The position numbers were made by a program, and so were the translations under genes. From contig OX597820.1 in assembly GCA_951406725.2 (NCBI GenBank), positions 81,716,001 to 81,780,000 on the forward strand: a stretch of DNA of 64,000 bases, written 5' to 3'. Shown piece after piece: positions 41,534 to 54,329 of the stretch; position 1 is the stretch's first letter, and every line of letters starts with the position of its first letter. This stretch comes from Octopus vulgaris. Its lineage: Eukaryota. A model generated the notes under the pieces. It was given only the letters and a program-made list of their open reading frames with translations. It did no database searches and was not told the DNA's origin.

Positions 41534-43325
41534 TGTTTGCTTAATTCCATAGTGAATTGGATGTTGGGATGTATGTTGTTTAGTATGGTTTTGAATTCCA
41601 GGAGTTTTTCATAAGGTTCTTTCCATATGATGAAACAATCATCTAAATACCTTTTCCAGTTTTCCATTAGGTAGGTGTGGAAAACATGTCCAAATTTCTG
41701 GCTTGATATTTCATAGAGTGACAGTTCGAAGTAACCCATTATGAGGTTCGCAAGGACTGGTGCAGCCTTGGTACCCATCGCAATGCCACATTTTTGACGG
41801 TAGTGTGTGTCGTCGAAGAGAAAAAAATTGTTTGTCAGAATGAACTTGAGAGATTCTGTAATAAAAGACTTGTTAATGCGGTCAGGGAATGTCTCTGGGT
41901 GTTTTTCTAGCCAGAAGTCAATTGCCTCTATACCATACTCATGTGGAATGTTGGTGTAGAGGTTGATGACATCAAAGGATACCAGGAGTGCCTCCTCGTT
42001 AACTGTTTTCGGGAGGTGTTTGAGCATGTCCAGATCATCCCTAATGAAACTTTTGATGTGGGTAAGGAAAGGTTTCAAAAGGATGTCTAGGAAGTTACTC
42101 AGGCGGTGTGTTTCACAGGAGGTACCAGCCACGATGGGCCTTAGTTTTAGGTCCTCCGGTGCTTTGATGTTGATGTGGATGTCAGTGGAGAGTTTGCAGG
42201 CTTCGGTGATGTATTTGTTTTTATGGATTTTAGGAAGGCCATAAAAAAGGCTGGGCTTGCATTTGAAAATGGTGATATAATCCCTTTCTTTTTCTGTGAG
42301 TCCCTGACCGTGTTGGCGTATGAGTGTGGTGAGGTTTCTGATTGTTTTTTGCTGTTTGTAGTTGTTAATAGCCTCATAGAAAATGTTATTGTTAAGCATG
42401 GAGAACACTAGGTGTTTATAAAATTCCGTGTCCATAAGGACCACGGCACTCCCTTTGTCCGCTTCTTTGATGGTGAGGTTTTTATCCAGTTGTATGTCAC
42501 GTAGGTTTTCCCATTCTTCCTTACTGAAATTGGATTTTACCTTGGTTTTGCTTGGGGTAAAGGGGAGACTCTGGATGTGTTTGCAGAAATCGTCCAGTGT
42601 TTTATTTCTCCCTTTTGGTGGTAGGAAGTTGCTTTTATTTCTGATCAATGAATCGTCCCCATTGTTGATATCTGTCAAAGCTTCTGTTAGGCGAAGTTTT
42701 CTGCAGAATTCAGAAACGTCATCCTTGACCTCCGGGGGTTGGGTGTTCTTGGGGTGGGTGTGAATTTCAAACCTCTTGCTAGGATGTTGATTTGGGTTGG
42801 TGTCAGTGTTTTGCTGGAGAGGTTTATAATTTTTGTTTTCTTATTTTGGGTCTGTGTTAGCGGTGGTGTTTGTATTTTTCCCCTCTGTCTAAAAAATGGT
42901 TGTTTATTGAAGAACTCAAAAGAGTTGTCTCCCCTTACTCACAACACAGGAACTGAAGAACCAGGACCACAATTACTACTACTTCCTGTCCTGCAAACAT
43001 GCTGAATTTAACAACACAACACATGCTCTTAATCCCTTTGGATCTTAACACCTCAAGGTAATTTTTTCGTAAACAACCATAAAACTCAAGATACACAACG
43101 AACTCACAATGTATCGGAGAACTTATTTTTTAATTTTTGTACATTTTTATCATTATTCTTTTACAAAAAACAATGCAATTTTCTTTTTTTCCCCTTTCTA
43201 ATTTTTAAAAAAACTTTTTAAAACAAATATTCTTGACAAGTCATACAATGACGAAAACCGGTTGAATAAATATATATTTATATATTTTATCAATTTCTCA
43301 TTTTATTAAAATTTTCTTTCATTTG
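41534..43325 (-). mobile_element. Penelope-like element with long RT ORF, truncated by the gap; inverted terminal segment at 42900-43325
   Basis: KEADKGSAVV, YGLPKIHK, LRPIVAG, SFDVINLYTNIP, GIAMGTKAAP.LANL.MG, WKRYLDDCF and IHPNIQFTME motifs. The N-terminal IINLS..RGLKFTPTP is separated by one frameshift near 42735. Confidence 0.92.
43228..43268 (+). ncRNA. Hammerhead variant with U3-A8 core
   Basis: TATTC-TTGACAA-GTCA tacaa TGAC-GAAA-ACCGG-TT|GAATA: perfect stems I and II, palindromic stem III region with one extra A. Confidence 0.6.
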
Positions 43326-43357
43326 AGCATTCTGCATTTTAAAAAAAAATTTCTCCT

Positions 43358-43401
<44 letters not shown>

Positions 43402-43470
43402 CAATAGATCCATCTTACGCAGTGAACAAACGACAGAGAAAATTTAAGGGGAAGAAGAAAGGCTTTATAA

Positions 43471-43594
43471 GTCCGACAGCTGTTTCGTGGGGCTCGGTGA
43501 TCCATCATTATGTTGTTAGATATAGTTCATCACAATATACGGCCGTAATAGAATCAATCAATATTGGATAAGTCAGGCCTCCGTCATCAGGGTG
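43471..43594 (-). ncRNA. Degenerate hammerhead motif with long stem II insertion
   Basis: Minus strand CC-CTGATGA-cggaggc...gccccac-GAAA-CAGCTG-TC|GG; palindromic ACAGCTGT stem III, weak stems I and II. Confidence 0.5.
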
Positions 43595-44132
43595 GAAAAC
43601 ATCTTACATTTCGGGTATGCAGATAGCAGATAGCATCTGCGAGGGCTAACTTCATTTTAACGGCAACGTGTCTACCAACAGATTTTCCTCAAGCTCCATC
43701 AGCTCATAGATTCCTCTTGAGCAATATCTGTGACTTATAACTTGGTATGGGAAGACATGTATGCGTGAGCAACTTCTGGACTTCGATAAAAATTCTGCCC
43801 TCGCCTACGGTTTAGACGGGAACTCTCTGGGTGTATAATGTAGGAGTATCGTCCTTGTCTTATGAAACATATCAATGCCTTAAGAGTCTTATAGGCCTCC
43901 AGGCAAATTAATGCATTGGGTCCAGCGTACAGAGATAGCAATTGGGCCCCTAGACCTGTGCATAGTGTCCTCCTGCTTTAAGACAGCACTGGGCCTACCC
44001 GGATGTTCTATACACGGATGTCCATTTCTCCCTCACTCTCTCTCTCTCTCCGAGTATAAACAATTTTCTACTATCGCTTTCAATCATAATACGCACATAA
44101 ATACAGCCACACCCACGCATATACGTACATGC

Positions 44133-44169
<37 letters not shown>

Positions 44170-44209
44170 CCACATATTCACACATATATATAATATTTAT
44201 ACATGTGTG

Positions 44210-44298
<89 letters not shown>

Positions 44299-44530
44299 GT
44301 TATATATGTGCTCGCGTGGTGCGTAGTGTATATATGAATACAAGTATGTTTATATACGTATATATATATAAGTTCAGCAAAAATTTAGATTCGAATGAAT
44401 ATGGTACTTAATTTAGATGCACCAGAATTTTGTATGGTGTTATCCATAAGAATTTGTGGGGTGATTATAATCAAAATAAGCAACAAGAATGACTCCGGTA
44501 ATTTGGAGTCATTCTTGTTGCTTATTTTGA

Positions 44531-44571
<41 letters not shown>

Positions 44572-44577
44572 CATGCA

Positions 44578-44670
<93 letters not shown>

Positions 44671-44715
44671 CCTATCTATCTTTCTATCTATCTATCTTTC
44701 TATCTATCTATCTAT

Positions 44716-44771
<56 letters not shown>

Positions 44772-45499
44772 GTGTGTATATATACATGTGTGTTTTTGAC
44801 AGTGTATGTATGTATGTATATTTATATGAATCCTCTTGCATGTATCAAGACAGCTGCTGGCCTATAAAAATCGCAGTCATGTTACTTATTATTATAGCTT
44901 GTTGTTGTTGTTGTTGTCATTGTTGTAGCAGGGCATAGTTTTGTGGTGACTAAGCTCTTAGACACACTTCCCTTCATCACGTTTTTTCATGACCCATCCC
45001 CTCTCTCACCGTTCACCTCCTTCACTTCCCTTAAGTCTTCTCACGATCTCGTATTTTCCCGCCATATACTTATTTCTAGTCCCACTCCAACCTTCCCCGT
45101 TTGTCCGTCACTCTAAATCTCTCTATTATACTAACCTTCTCTCTAACTCATCTCTATTCTTTAATCCTTCGCTTACTTCACTTTGCTTATGTTCCACCAC
45201 CTCTCTCTTTCGCTCTTTAATCTAATAAGTGACATATTTTACCCTCTCTTTCTCTTTCTCCTTCCCTCTTTGTCTCATTATGTCTATCTTCCAATTGTCA
45301 AGTTCCTTAATCCCCTCTCTATATTAACCCCACCTCTCTCTCTAATCCTTCATTTGTTCTCAACCTCGATTTAAAGTATATATAGTTACTTCGCTCCCCG
45401 CTTCCTCTCCGTCGTCGTCGTCGTCATCGTCATCACAATAAACGTCATCATCATTTTCATCACCACCATACCCATTATCAGTGGTTTCTCTTTCTTGCT

Positions 45500-46160
45500 C
45501 AACGCAACATTGTAGATTTCATCAATTTTATTAATGTCAAGGACATTAAATTTATTAATATCAAGGTCATCAATTACGCTGATTTCAAGGTCGGTAACTT
45601 TGCCTATATCAAAATCATCAACTTCAGTGATCTGAAAGTCACTCACTTTAACAATTTCATGATCATCAATTTAACCAATGCAAAAACCACTTAGTCAATA
45701 TTCAGATCGTCGACCATGTGTTGTGGAGGTCGTTCTATCATTGTGTGATGGTAACTAACTGTGTCAGTGTCAAGATCATCAACTTCATTGATATTAAGGT
45801 GTCTGAGTCAATGTCAAGGTTATCGAATATCCTGATGTGATAGTATCTAACTGTGTTAGCATCGTCGACAACACTGATGTGAAGGTTGCTAACTGTATCA
45901 ATGTCAAGGTCATCAACTATCTTGATGTCGAGTTCTCTGTGCCAAGTTCATCATCTACACTGATGTAGAGAGCCCTGTCAAGGTCATCATGTACAATGAC
46001 GTGAAGATCGCTAACTGTACAATGTGAAAGTCACTAACAGAGTCGATGTCGAGTTTGTCGACTACATTAATGTAAAGGTCTCTGTGTCAAAGTCAAGATC
46101 ATCGTCTACGCTGATGTGGAGGTCGGTAACTGTGTCAGTGTGAAGATTGTTGATCAACAC
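45500..46160. repeat. Degenerate 15/30-bp periodic tandem repeat
   Basis: Recurring (a/g)atgt(c/g)aaggtc(a/g)tcaact units; translates as 5-residue periodic DVKVxN-like text with stops. Confidence 0.65.
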
Positions 46161-46468
46161 TTGGAATGAGCAACGAGTGACTGTACAGGCGTGCTCGATC
46201 TGCTACAAATAACCACATTTCTCTCCAGCCACCCTGTATAGTTTTAAATAAAGGAAGGACATTAAGTAAAGTAGTCTTAGATTTACTTAACAAAACCAAA
46301 TGGTCACAGCCGAAGTATAAGTTCCAATCAAGACCAAAGCCAGTACACTAATTTAACTGAACTTACCTTCCACTATATGTAACCATTGTAAGCATTTTCC
46401 TCCATTACTTATCAACATGTGGTAGACTGGATTTTGCGAATGACTTTGGATGATAGTCCCAGCATATA

Positions 46469-46685
46469 TGAGGGAATGCTGAAAAGTTCTTGGCTTTGGG
46501 TAAAAGAAAACACAGGAGGATCAGTTAATTATGATTTTATCCAACGTATTCACCTCTCAGATTCACACATTTATTGCAGCGGTCCTTCAGTTTTTCTAAG
46601 CCTTGTAAAAGGACTCCGAAGTTTGGATTTTCAATCAGGTCTTTCGCGATATCCTTAAAGCCAGGAACTTTTCAGCAACCCCTCG
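46469..46685. mobile_element. Mariner-type MITE
   Basis: TIRs tgagggaatgctgaaaagttcttggcttt / aaagccaggaacttttcagcaacccctcg with TA on both sides; ~217 bp, non-coding. Confidence 0.85.
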
Positions 46686-47669
46686 TACACTAGGTGAACT
46701 GAACCATTTTTCTTTGGATGTAGTCTTAATATCTAGAAGCCAATATGTTCATAAATATAGCATTCATTAATGTGTCTCTGTGTCAAAGTCAAGATCATCG
46801 TCTACTCTGATGTGAAGGTCGTTAACTGTGTCAGTGTGAAGATTGTTGATCAACACTTGGAATGAGCAACGAGTGACTGTACAGGCGTGCTCGATCTGCT
46901 ACAATGTTTGCAACAGAGCAAGTTCTATTATAGGTACCAAAAAGCCAGGTAAGGAAGGAATGTCAAACGAAGTGCTGGTGCTAACTCACCACATGTTTTA
47001 ATATCATCACTTGGTCTTTGGTGGCAGGGCTAACACACCATCTGCTTTTAGATGGTAGGGCTAACACGTCACCTCCTCGTCCTTGGTTGGTAGGGTTAAT
47101 ACACAGTCTGGTTTATCACTACCAATTAATCCCGACCTAGTAATCCTAACACACTGGTCATTTGTTGACTATAGATGAGTTTCATTGATACAAAACAACC
47201 GTACCATATCTCCCAAAAATGTTCACTTGAAGATATGATTGAATATAATCCATGGTGAGGGAAAATGGATGTTGAACTGCTAACATCCATTTTTCCACGC
47301 CATGGATTACTATCAAACTATTCTCTCTGTTTTGATTCTACCCTTAAACATATCCGATTTTCTTCATTTGATCATGGATTGAATACTTATTTTAAGTGGA
47401 TTTCTCCTCCCTTTCTAGACAAAATGGACCACAATAATTTTCATAGATGAGGAATATCCTTCCACTGTTACATATGTTTAACCTATCTCTCTCCGATAAC
47501 AGAATACTCGGTCTCTGGAATCCTCGCACGACGTGATGTTCCAATAGCTAAGATATTCTGGATACAGCTGTTTGAAACTATGTAGGCTTTCTTATTATAT
47601 AGCTAAAAATTAAATGTCCTTGCCAAGTCTTGCCAAAACGTTGACTTTTGCGTTTCTGCTTTAATCTAC

Positions 47670-48525
47670 ACGAGGTCTGATCAGTAAGTATCCAGACTGT
47701 TGCTATAGTAAAAGCGCTCAGAGTGAAGCCGTATGGCAAAAATTGACCTTGAACTCTGCTGTGCATGCACACTAAGTTTTAACGTTCTAGCTCACTTCCG
47801 CTGTTTACAGCAGTGCTTGGTAGGAAGGTGTGGCGTGTAGCGTGTGATCGTCGCCTTGACTATGGCAGAGAAAGTTGTCATGGTGATATCTGCTCAGAGG
47901 CCTACACAAAGTTGCAGAAAGTGTATGGAGAGGAGTGTATGAGCCACACACAAGTGTACGAATGTTTCAGACGTTCTCAAGATGGCCGAAAAATGTCGAT
48001 ATTGATGAACGTTCTGGGAAACCCGCAACCAACAGAACTGGGGAAAACATCGCAAATGTGCGTGCAGCTGTGAGGGGAAATCGTCGAATCACCATCCGTG
48101 ATTCATCAAAGGATGTGCAAATTGGTTACAGTTTTGAATTTGAGACGCGTGTCTGCCAAGTTTGTGCCAAAACTGCTTTCATCTGTCCAAGAAGACATTC
48201 GGGTTTCACTGCACAAGATCTTCTTAACTGAGTCGACAACGATGAAAACTTTTTGAAAATTTTTTGTAGGCCTCTGAGCAGGTATCGGCTAAACTTTTAG
48301 CAAGATTTGATGCAGATTCTCAGCTCAACTTTCTCTATCATGGTCAATGCGACAATCACACGCTACACACTTTCTTTCCAAGCACTGCTGTAAGAGCAGA
48401 AGCGTGTTAGCCCGTTAAAAGTTAGTGCGCATGCATAGCAGAGTTCAAGGTCGATTTGTATCAAATTTACGTGCTTTAGCTTCGTTACTATGGCAAAATT
48501 CCGGATACTTATTGATCAAACCACG
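47670..48525 (+). mobile_element. Non-autonomous mariner derivative with ~200-bp inverted termini
   Basis: 47670-47880 is the imperfect reverse complement of 48325-48525. Interior encodes the HTH fragment YGEECMSHTQVYECFRR..DERSGKP..NRRITIR..AKFVPKLL. Confidence 0.85.
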
Positions 48526-48536
48526 TACATATAGTA

Positions 48537-49099
48537 GCGCAGGCGTGGCTGTGTTGTAAAAAGCTTGCTTCTCAACCACAAAGTTTCAGGTTCAGTCCTA
48601 CTGCGTGGCACCTTGGTCAAGTGTCATCTACTATAGCCACGGGCCGACCAAAGCCTTGTGAGAGGATTCGGTAGACGGAAACTGAAAAAGCCGTCGTATA
48701 TGTATTTGTGTGTGTGTGTGTCTCTGTTTTCCTCTTCCATCGCTTAACAACCGATATTGGCGTGTTTACGTCCCGTAACTTAGTGGTCGGCAAAAGTGGC
48801 CGATAGAGTAAGTACTAGGCTTACACAGAATAAGTTCTGGGGTTGATTTGTTCGACTGATGGCAGTGCTCCAACATGGCCGCTGTCAAATGACTGAAACA
48901 AGGAAAAGAATAAAAAGAATATATTTATGTGTACCATGTGCACAGACATGCATGTATACAGTGTATAAACATATATGTATAGGCGTGGCTGTGTGGTAAG
49001 GAGTTCGCTTTCCAACCACATGGTTCCAGTGTCTTCCACTAAAACCGCGAACCGACAAAATTCTTGTGAGTGAATTTGGTGAACGGAAACTGAAAGAAG

Positions 49100-49166
<67 letters not shown>

Positions 49167-49212
49167 GTGTGTGTGTGTAAGAGTGTTTCTTTGTGTCTAT
49201 GTTTGTCCCCTA
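48537..49212 (+). mobile_element. Two SINE family A copies (48537-48918 full; 48981-49212 partial)
   Basis: Family consensus motifs. Confidence 0.88.
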
Positions 49213-49989
49213 TCATTTATCATCTTTACAATGTTCTATAAGTCAGCCTCGAAGCGGCAAATCACCTTTATCTGGGGAAGGCATTTTCGAAATTTAAAGC
49301 GGAACCCACCTGCGAGAGTATTAGTCGATGGATTCTCGAAGAAAAAGGCCATCCAGTGCAAACATTTGGTGACACTCTCAGTAAAATTTCCTTAGTGGTA
49401 TCTGGATCAAATAAAGTTCCCTTATTTGTAATTGACATCGTCCTCACCGCTGCTGCTGACTGTGTTAGTTGCGCTGTTGACAGTATACGACCGTCCGTGA
49501 GATTTCAGGTGCGTGTATTTGCGCGTGTGTATGGGTTCGCGCGGTGCCGACGATAGCAATAATAACAACAACAACTACCACGATGGCAACACCGTAGACG
49601 AACACATATACACAGAAGAATACAGGAACTGTACCTTCCCTTTTTTTTCCTCGGGTCTTAGGACAGCAGCACAATGGGGTAACAGGTTGGAGCTGAGGGG
49701 AAGGCCACACTGCTGATATAAACTATGATACACACACATGCATATGCACACACACACGCACGCACACAAGGACACAAACGCATGCGCACATAAAGATACA
49801 CATCTGAGAAAAACAGTGTGAAGTGGTCACAAATGTGTGACGAAAGATTTCCAGACAATGGACAGGCGCCAAAATAATAAAAATAATAAGACAACAATAA
49901 TAATCGAGTGACAAAAAAATAGTGCGCGTGTTTATTTGGCAAAATAAATAAATAAATAAAGTCCAACAATATATACATACATACATACA

Positions 49990-50035
<46 letters not shown>

Positions 50036-50072
50036 ACAGTTATCGCCAAGCTAATATGGCAGTCTCTCTCTC

Positions 50073-50725
50073 TTATTTGCAGTTGAAGAAATAGCCAAAT
50101 TTTTGGCTGCTATTTCTGAAAAGTTCGGTGTGTGGTAAAGTGAATTCTTTTACTTTACCATATTTTTATAAATTAATACTTCAAATATACCGTAAATGGT
50201 CTTTACATACCGAATACTGCTTGGTCGAATTTATTAATTAATTCGACCCCCTTTTTTGATAACAATATAATGCTTTCTCTCCAAGAATTTGAACTGCAGT
50301 TTTTACCTCTGTAGAAATGTAATGCTCTATGACTCACCAGGGTGGACAGGGAGAATAATAGATCTCATTCGTATTTTTGGATTCGCTAGTACTGGGTGTC
50401 TGGCATGGTTTGTCCGATGTTACAGATATCGGACGGGTATGTTTGATTCTTAGTATTTTCAAATCTAAATCAGAAGAAATCTCTGAGCTGATGAAGGAAA
50501 AGTGGCGTTTTACCCACAAATCCAGAAACAGACTGTCCTCGGGTATCGTATATGGATGTGATCTTTCATTGTTTTTCCCTTATACCTATGTGAGTTATTT
50601 TTCTGAGTATGCATTGTCTGGAGACTTTTATTTGCAGTTGAAGAAATAGCCAAATTTTTGGCTGCTATTTCTGAAAAGTTCGGTGTGTGGTAAAGTGAAT
50701 TCTTTTACTTTACCATATTTTTATA
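50073..50725. repeat. Pair of ~97-bp identical direct repeats (50073-50169, 50628-50724) flanking ~460 bp
   Basis: ttatttgcagttgaagaaatagcc...ctttaccatatttttata occurs twice; each copy holds two hairpins. Confidence 0.9.
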
Positions 50726-50737
50726 TATATATATTTA

Positions 50738-50772
<35 letters not shown>

Positions 50773-50917
50773 GCATATGTGGGTACAGGACATCAACACC
50801 AGTAAACAACATGAAATACGAAAACAAATGAGTTAAATACGCAAACAGCGAGAGTCTGTTTTAATGTCTTATTAATTAACACATTTATTTATTTATTTAT
50901 TTATTTATTTAATATTG

Positions 50918-50959
<42 letters not shown>

Positions 50960-50964
50960 ACCAT

Positions 50965-51128
50965 GGGTTTCTTTCAGTTTCCGTCTACCAAATCCACTCA
51001 GGAAACTTTGGCCGGTCCGAGGCTATTGTAGGAAATACTTGTCCAAGTTGCCACGCATTAGGACTGAGCCCAGAACCATGTGGCTAGAAAGCAAGTTTCT
51101 TATCACTCAGCCATTTCTGCGCCTGCCC
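50965..51128 (-). mobile_element. SINE family A, 5' half
   Basis: ctttcagtttccgtctaccaaatccactca. Confidence 0.85.
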
Positions 51129-51137
51129 CTATATAAA

Positions 51138-51451
51138 TGTGGTAGTGGTTAGGGCATTCCGCTCACAATCGTAAGGTCATGAATTCAATTCCCGGCGACG
51201 CGTTGTGTCCTTGAGCAATACACTTTATTTTACGTTGCACCAGTCCACTCAGCTGACAAAAATGAGTTGTATCTGTATTTCGAAGAGCCAGCCTTGTCAC
51301 ACTGCGTATCACGCCGAATCTCCTTGACAACTGCGTTAAGGGTACACGTGTCTCTGGAGTGCTCAGCCACTTGCACGTTAATTTCACGAGCAAGCTGTTC
51401 CGTTGATCCTATAAGCTGGGACCCTCGTCGTCATGACCGATGGAGTGCTCC
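51138..51451 (+). mobile_element. SINE family C
   Basis: A/B-box-like head agtggttagggc...ttcaattccc; colinear with 30325-30640. Confidence 0.85.
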
Positions 51452-51659
51452 TATATATATATATATACATATACATATGCACAAATATATATACATATAT
51501 ATATTTATATACATATGCACATATATATATATATACATAGTACGTTTAAATATTTGTTGTGCAAGATTTTTTATGTGAAGTCGTGTGTTGAAACAGATAT
51601 TGTTATATTTCGGAATGGTCATTTTGCCAGTTTAGCCAATAAAAACACACGGTTGACAT

Positions 51660-51812
51660 TGTGTTTCCGTCCCCGTGACATAGTGGTTCGGCAAAAGAGT
51701 CCAATAGGATAAGTGCTACACTTAATAGAAGTAAATCCTGGGGTCGATGTTTTCAACTAAAAGCGGTGCTCCAGCATGGCCGCAGTCAACTGACTGAAAC
51801 AAGAAAAATGAA
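51660..51812 (+). mobile_element. SINE family A, 3' half
   Basis: gcggtgctccagcatggccgcagtc..gactgaaacaag. Confidence 0.85.
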
Positions 51813-51821
51813 ATAATTAAA

Positions 51822-51859
<38 letters not shown>

Positions 51860-52041
51860 AAAGAGAGAGAGAAAAATAGTGTCGGGTGTAATAGTCCCTT
51901 AGTAAAAAAGTATGTGTAAGGGAGGGAAGTAGTTCTAGACGTGGTACAATTATATATATATATACTCAATATGTGACCGCGTGTGTATCGTTGGCGATTT
52001 TTTCCTCCGTCTTCCCTTCCTTGGATCTTTCCTTTTGGTAT

Positions 52042-52076
52042 ATTTCTGACGAAGAGCTCCGCTCGAGACGTTAAAT
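52042..52076 (+). ncRNA. Minimal hammerhead motif with one core mutation (GAAA to GAGA)
   Basis: ATTT-CTGACGA-AGAGC tcc GCTC-GAGA-CG-TT|AAAT. Confidence 0.65.
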
Positions 52077-52174
52077 CCTCCTTCTTTCTTTTCTTTCCTG
52101 AGCGTCCAATAACACTATACTTGTTCCACGCCCTCGCGTTGTTGTGTTTTTTCTTTGTGTTTTCATGTTTGGAT

Positions 52175-52224
<50 letters not shown>

Positions 52225-52357
52225 TGTATGTATGTATATATGTATGTATGTATGTATATATGTATGTATGTATATATATATGTATGCATGTATGTATATA
52301 TATATATGTATGTATGTATGTATGTATATATATATGTATGTATGTATATATGTATGA

Positions 52358-52434
<77 letters not shown>

Positions 52435-52488
52435 CGTTTAAATATTTGTTGTGCAAGGATTTTTTATGTGAAGTCGTGTGTTGAAACA

Positions 52489-52687
52489 GATATTGTTATA
52501 TTTCGGAATGGTCATATTGCCAGTTTAGCCAATAAAAACACACGCACTATATATTTGGTGTTATTTTGCTTCAGTGATATTTATTTTTTGCATTAATCTT
52601 AATCTTATTTCGGCCAATAACACCAAATATATAGTGCGTGTGTTTTTATTGGCTAAACTGGCAATATGACCATTCCGAAATATAACA

Positions 52688-52691
<4 letters not shown>
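52489..52691. repeat. Perfect ~76-bp inverted repeat with ~50-bp spacer
   Basis: atattgttatatttcggaatgg...tttggtgttatt and its exact reverse complement. A direct copy of the left arm region is at 51541-51650. Confidence 0.9.
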
Positions 52692-52739
<48 letters not shown>

Positions 52740-53065
52740 GTGTATGTATATATGTATGTATGTATAGTATGTGTATGTGTATATATATATATGTATGTAT
52801 AGTATGCGTATATATATATATATGTATGTATAGTATGCATATATATATGTATGTATATATGTATATATATATGTATACATATATATATATGTATATATAT
52901 ATATATGTGTGTATATATATATATGTATATATATATGTGTGTATATATATGCATGCATATATGTATGTATATGTATATATATATAGGCATATATATATAT
53001 GTATATATGTATATATATGTATATATACATATGTATATATATACATGTACATATATATGTATATT

Positions 53066-53324
53066 AATAAACGGTGAGGGCTGTTAAGCCAAGGCGATAG
53101 AAAAATTATTATGAACGCTAGGAAGACGAGAGAGTCAAGGAGGAAGAGTGAGAGACAAGGAAAGGTGAAGAGGAGAGCTCTCGTCGCTGACACGTGACGA
53201 AAGAGAATCTATCTTTCTGCCCAAGACAACACGTGCTTTTACCTGTCTCCTCTCATAAGCTCGTCTTCCTAGCGTTCATAATAATTTTTCGATCATCTTG
53301 ACTTAACGGCCCGCACCGTTTGTT
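53066..53324. mobile_element. MITE-like foldback element (~60-bp imperfect arms) next to TA microsatellite
   Basis: aaacggtgagggctgttaagccaag...aattattatgaacgctaggaagacgag versus ctcgtcttcctagcgttcataataatt...cttaacggcccgcaccgttt. Confidence 0.6.
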
Positions 53325-54076
53325 TTTACTGTCTTTGTCTCACTGTCCTGTTCTGGTTACCACTTTCACCTTCCGCAGAAAATCTCAAATTATATTTAAT
53401 TTGCTTTGCGAGAAGGACCGTTTCATCGAAGTTGCTTATTGTCCTTGCCCTCTAACGCGGAGTAGTAGAAACAGAGACAACTGATGAAGGGGAATATTCT
53501 TTATGTTACATGTCTCGTTTCTCTGTTTGTTTTTATCGTTGTTCGAAAAATAAAGTTCGTTTTCTGTTTTTGTTTTTATGTTTTTGCTTGAAACATAGAA
53601 TTGAAAATAGAATTAACTCATTATCCTCGAATGAAGAAATTTTTAATAAGCATAAAGACTATTACAATCTACAAATTTAACAATTATTTTTCCAATCATA
53701 ACAACGGCTATATGGATATGAACTCCAATAAACACACCACAACTTCTAAACACCATCAAGAATCGAAACGCTCTGGCACACAACTTAACTCTGTGAAGTA
53801 TATTTGTAAAGATAACTCCACCATAAAAAAGGGAAAAAAATTAATAACTATGGACCAAATAACGAGACTTTTACGAACCAGATTTCTACCAATACCTATA
53901 TTTCAAATAAGACAAACAATCGTAATTTCACTGGCAGTCATTACAAGAAAGACATTAACATAACCGGATATAATAACACGAAACAAAGTCTTTTCTCAAA
54001 AAATCTCTTATTTCTTCACATACTCTAAATCCATCACACAACTACATAACCAACTCTAATGATGTCCAATATTATC

Positions 54077-54150
<74 letters not shown>

Positions 54151-54329
54151 TAATAATAAAAACAACAACAATATCAATAATAATAAGAATAAGAATATTA
54201 ATAATATTAATAATAGCAATAATAAGAAGAAAAGCATTGTTAGTGATGGTGTTAATACGAGAGGTAAAAAGAAACCTATACCTTTCTTCCGAGCGGGTGA
54301 TCCATCTAATAAAAGCCATCATACAAATA

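Noticed and set aside
50314-50589. Plus-strand internal exon of the host gene (tgtag|...|gtgagt)
   Set aside because: Stops in all three plus frames, so it cannot be a coding exon between the two phase-1 exons.
53478-53560. CTGATGA hammerhead candidates here and at ~3562 and ~56360
   Set aside because: No matching stem II plus GAAA plus stem I arrangement could be built.
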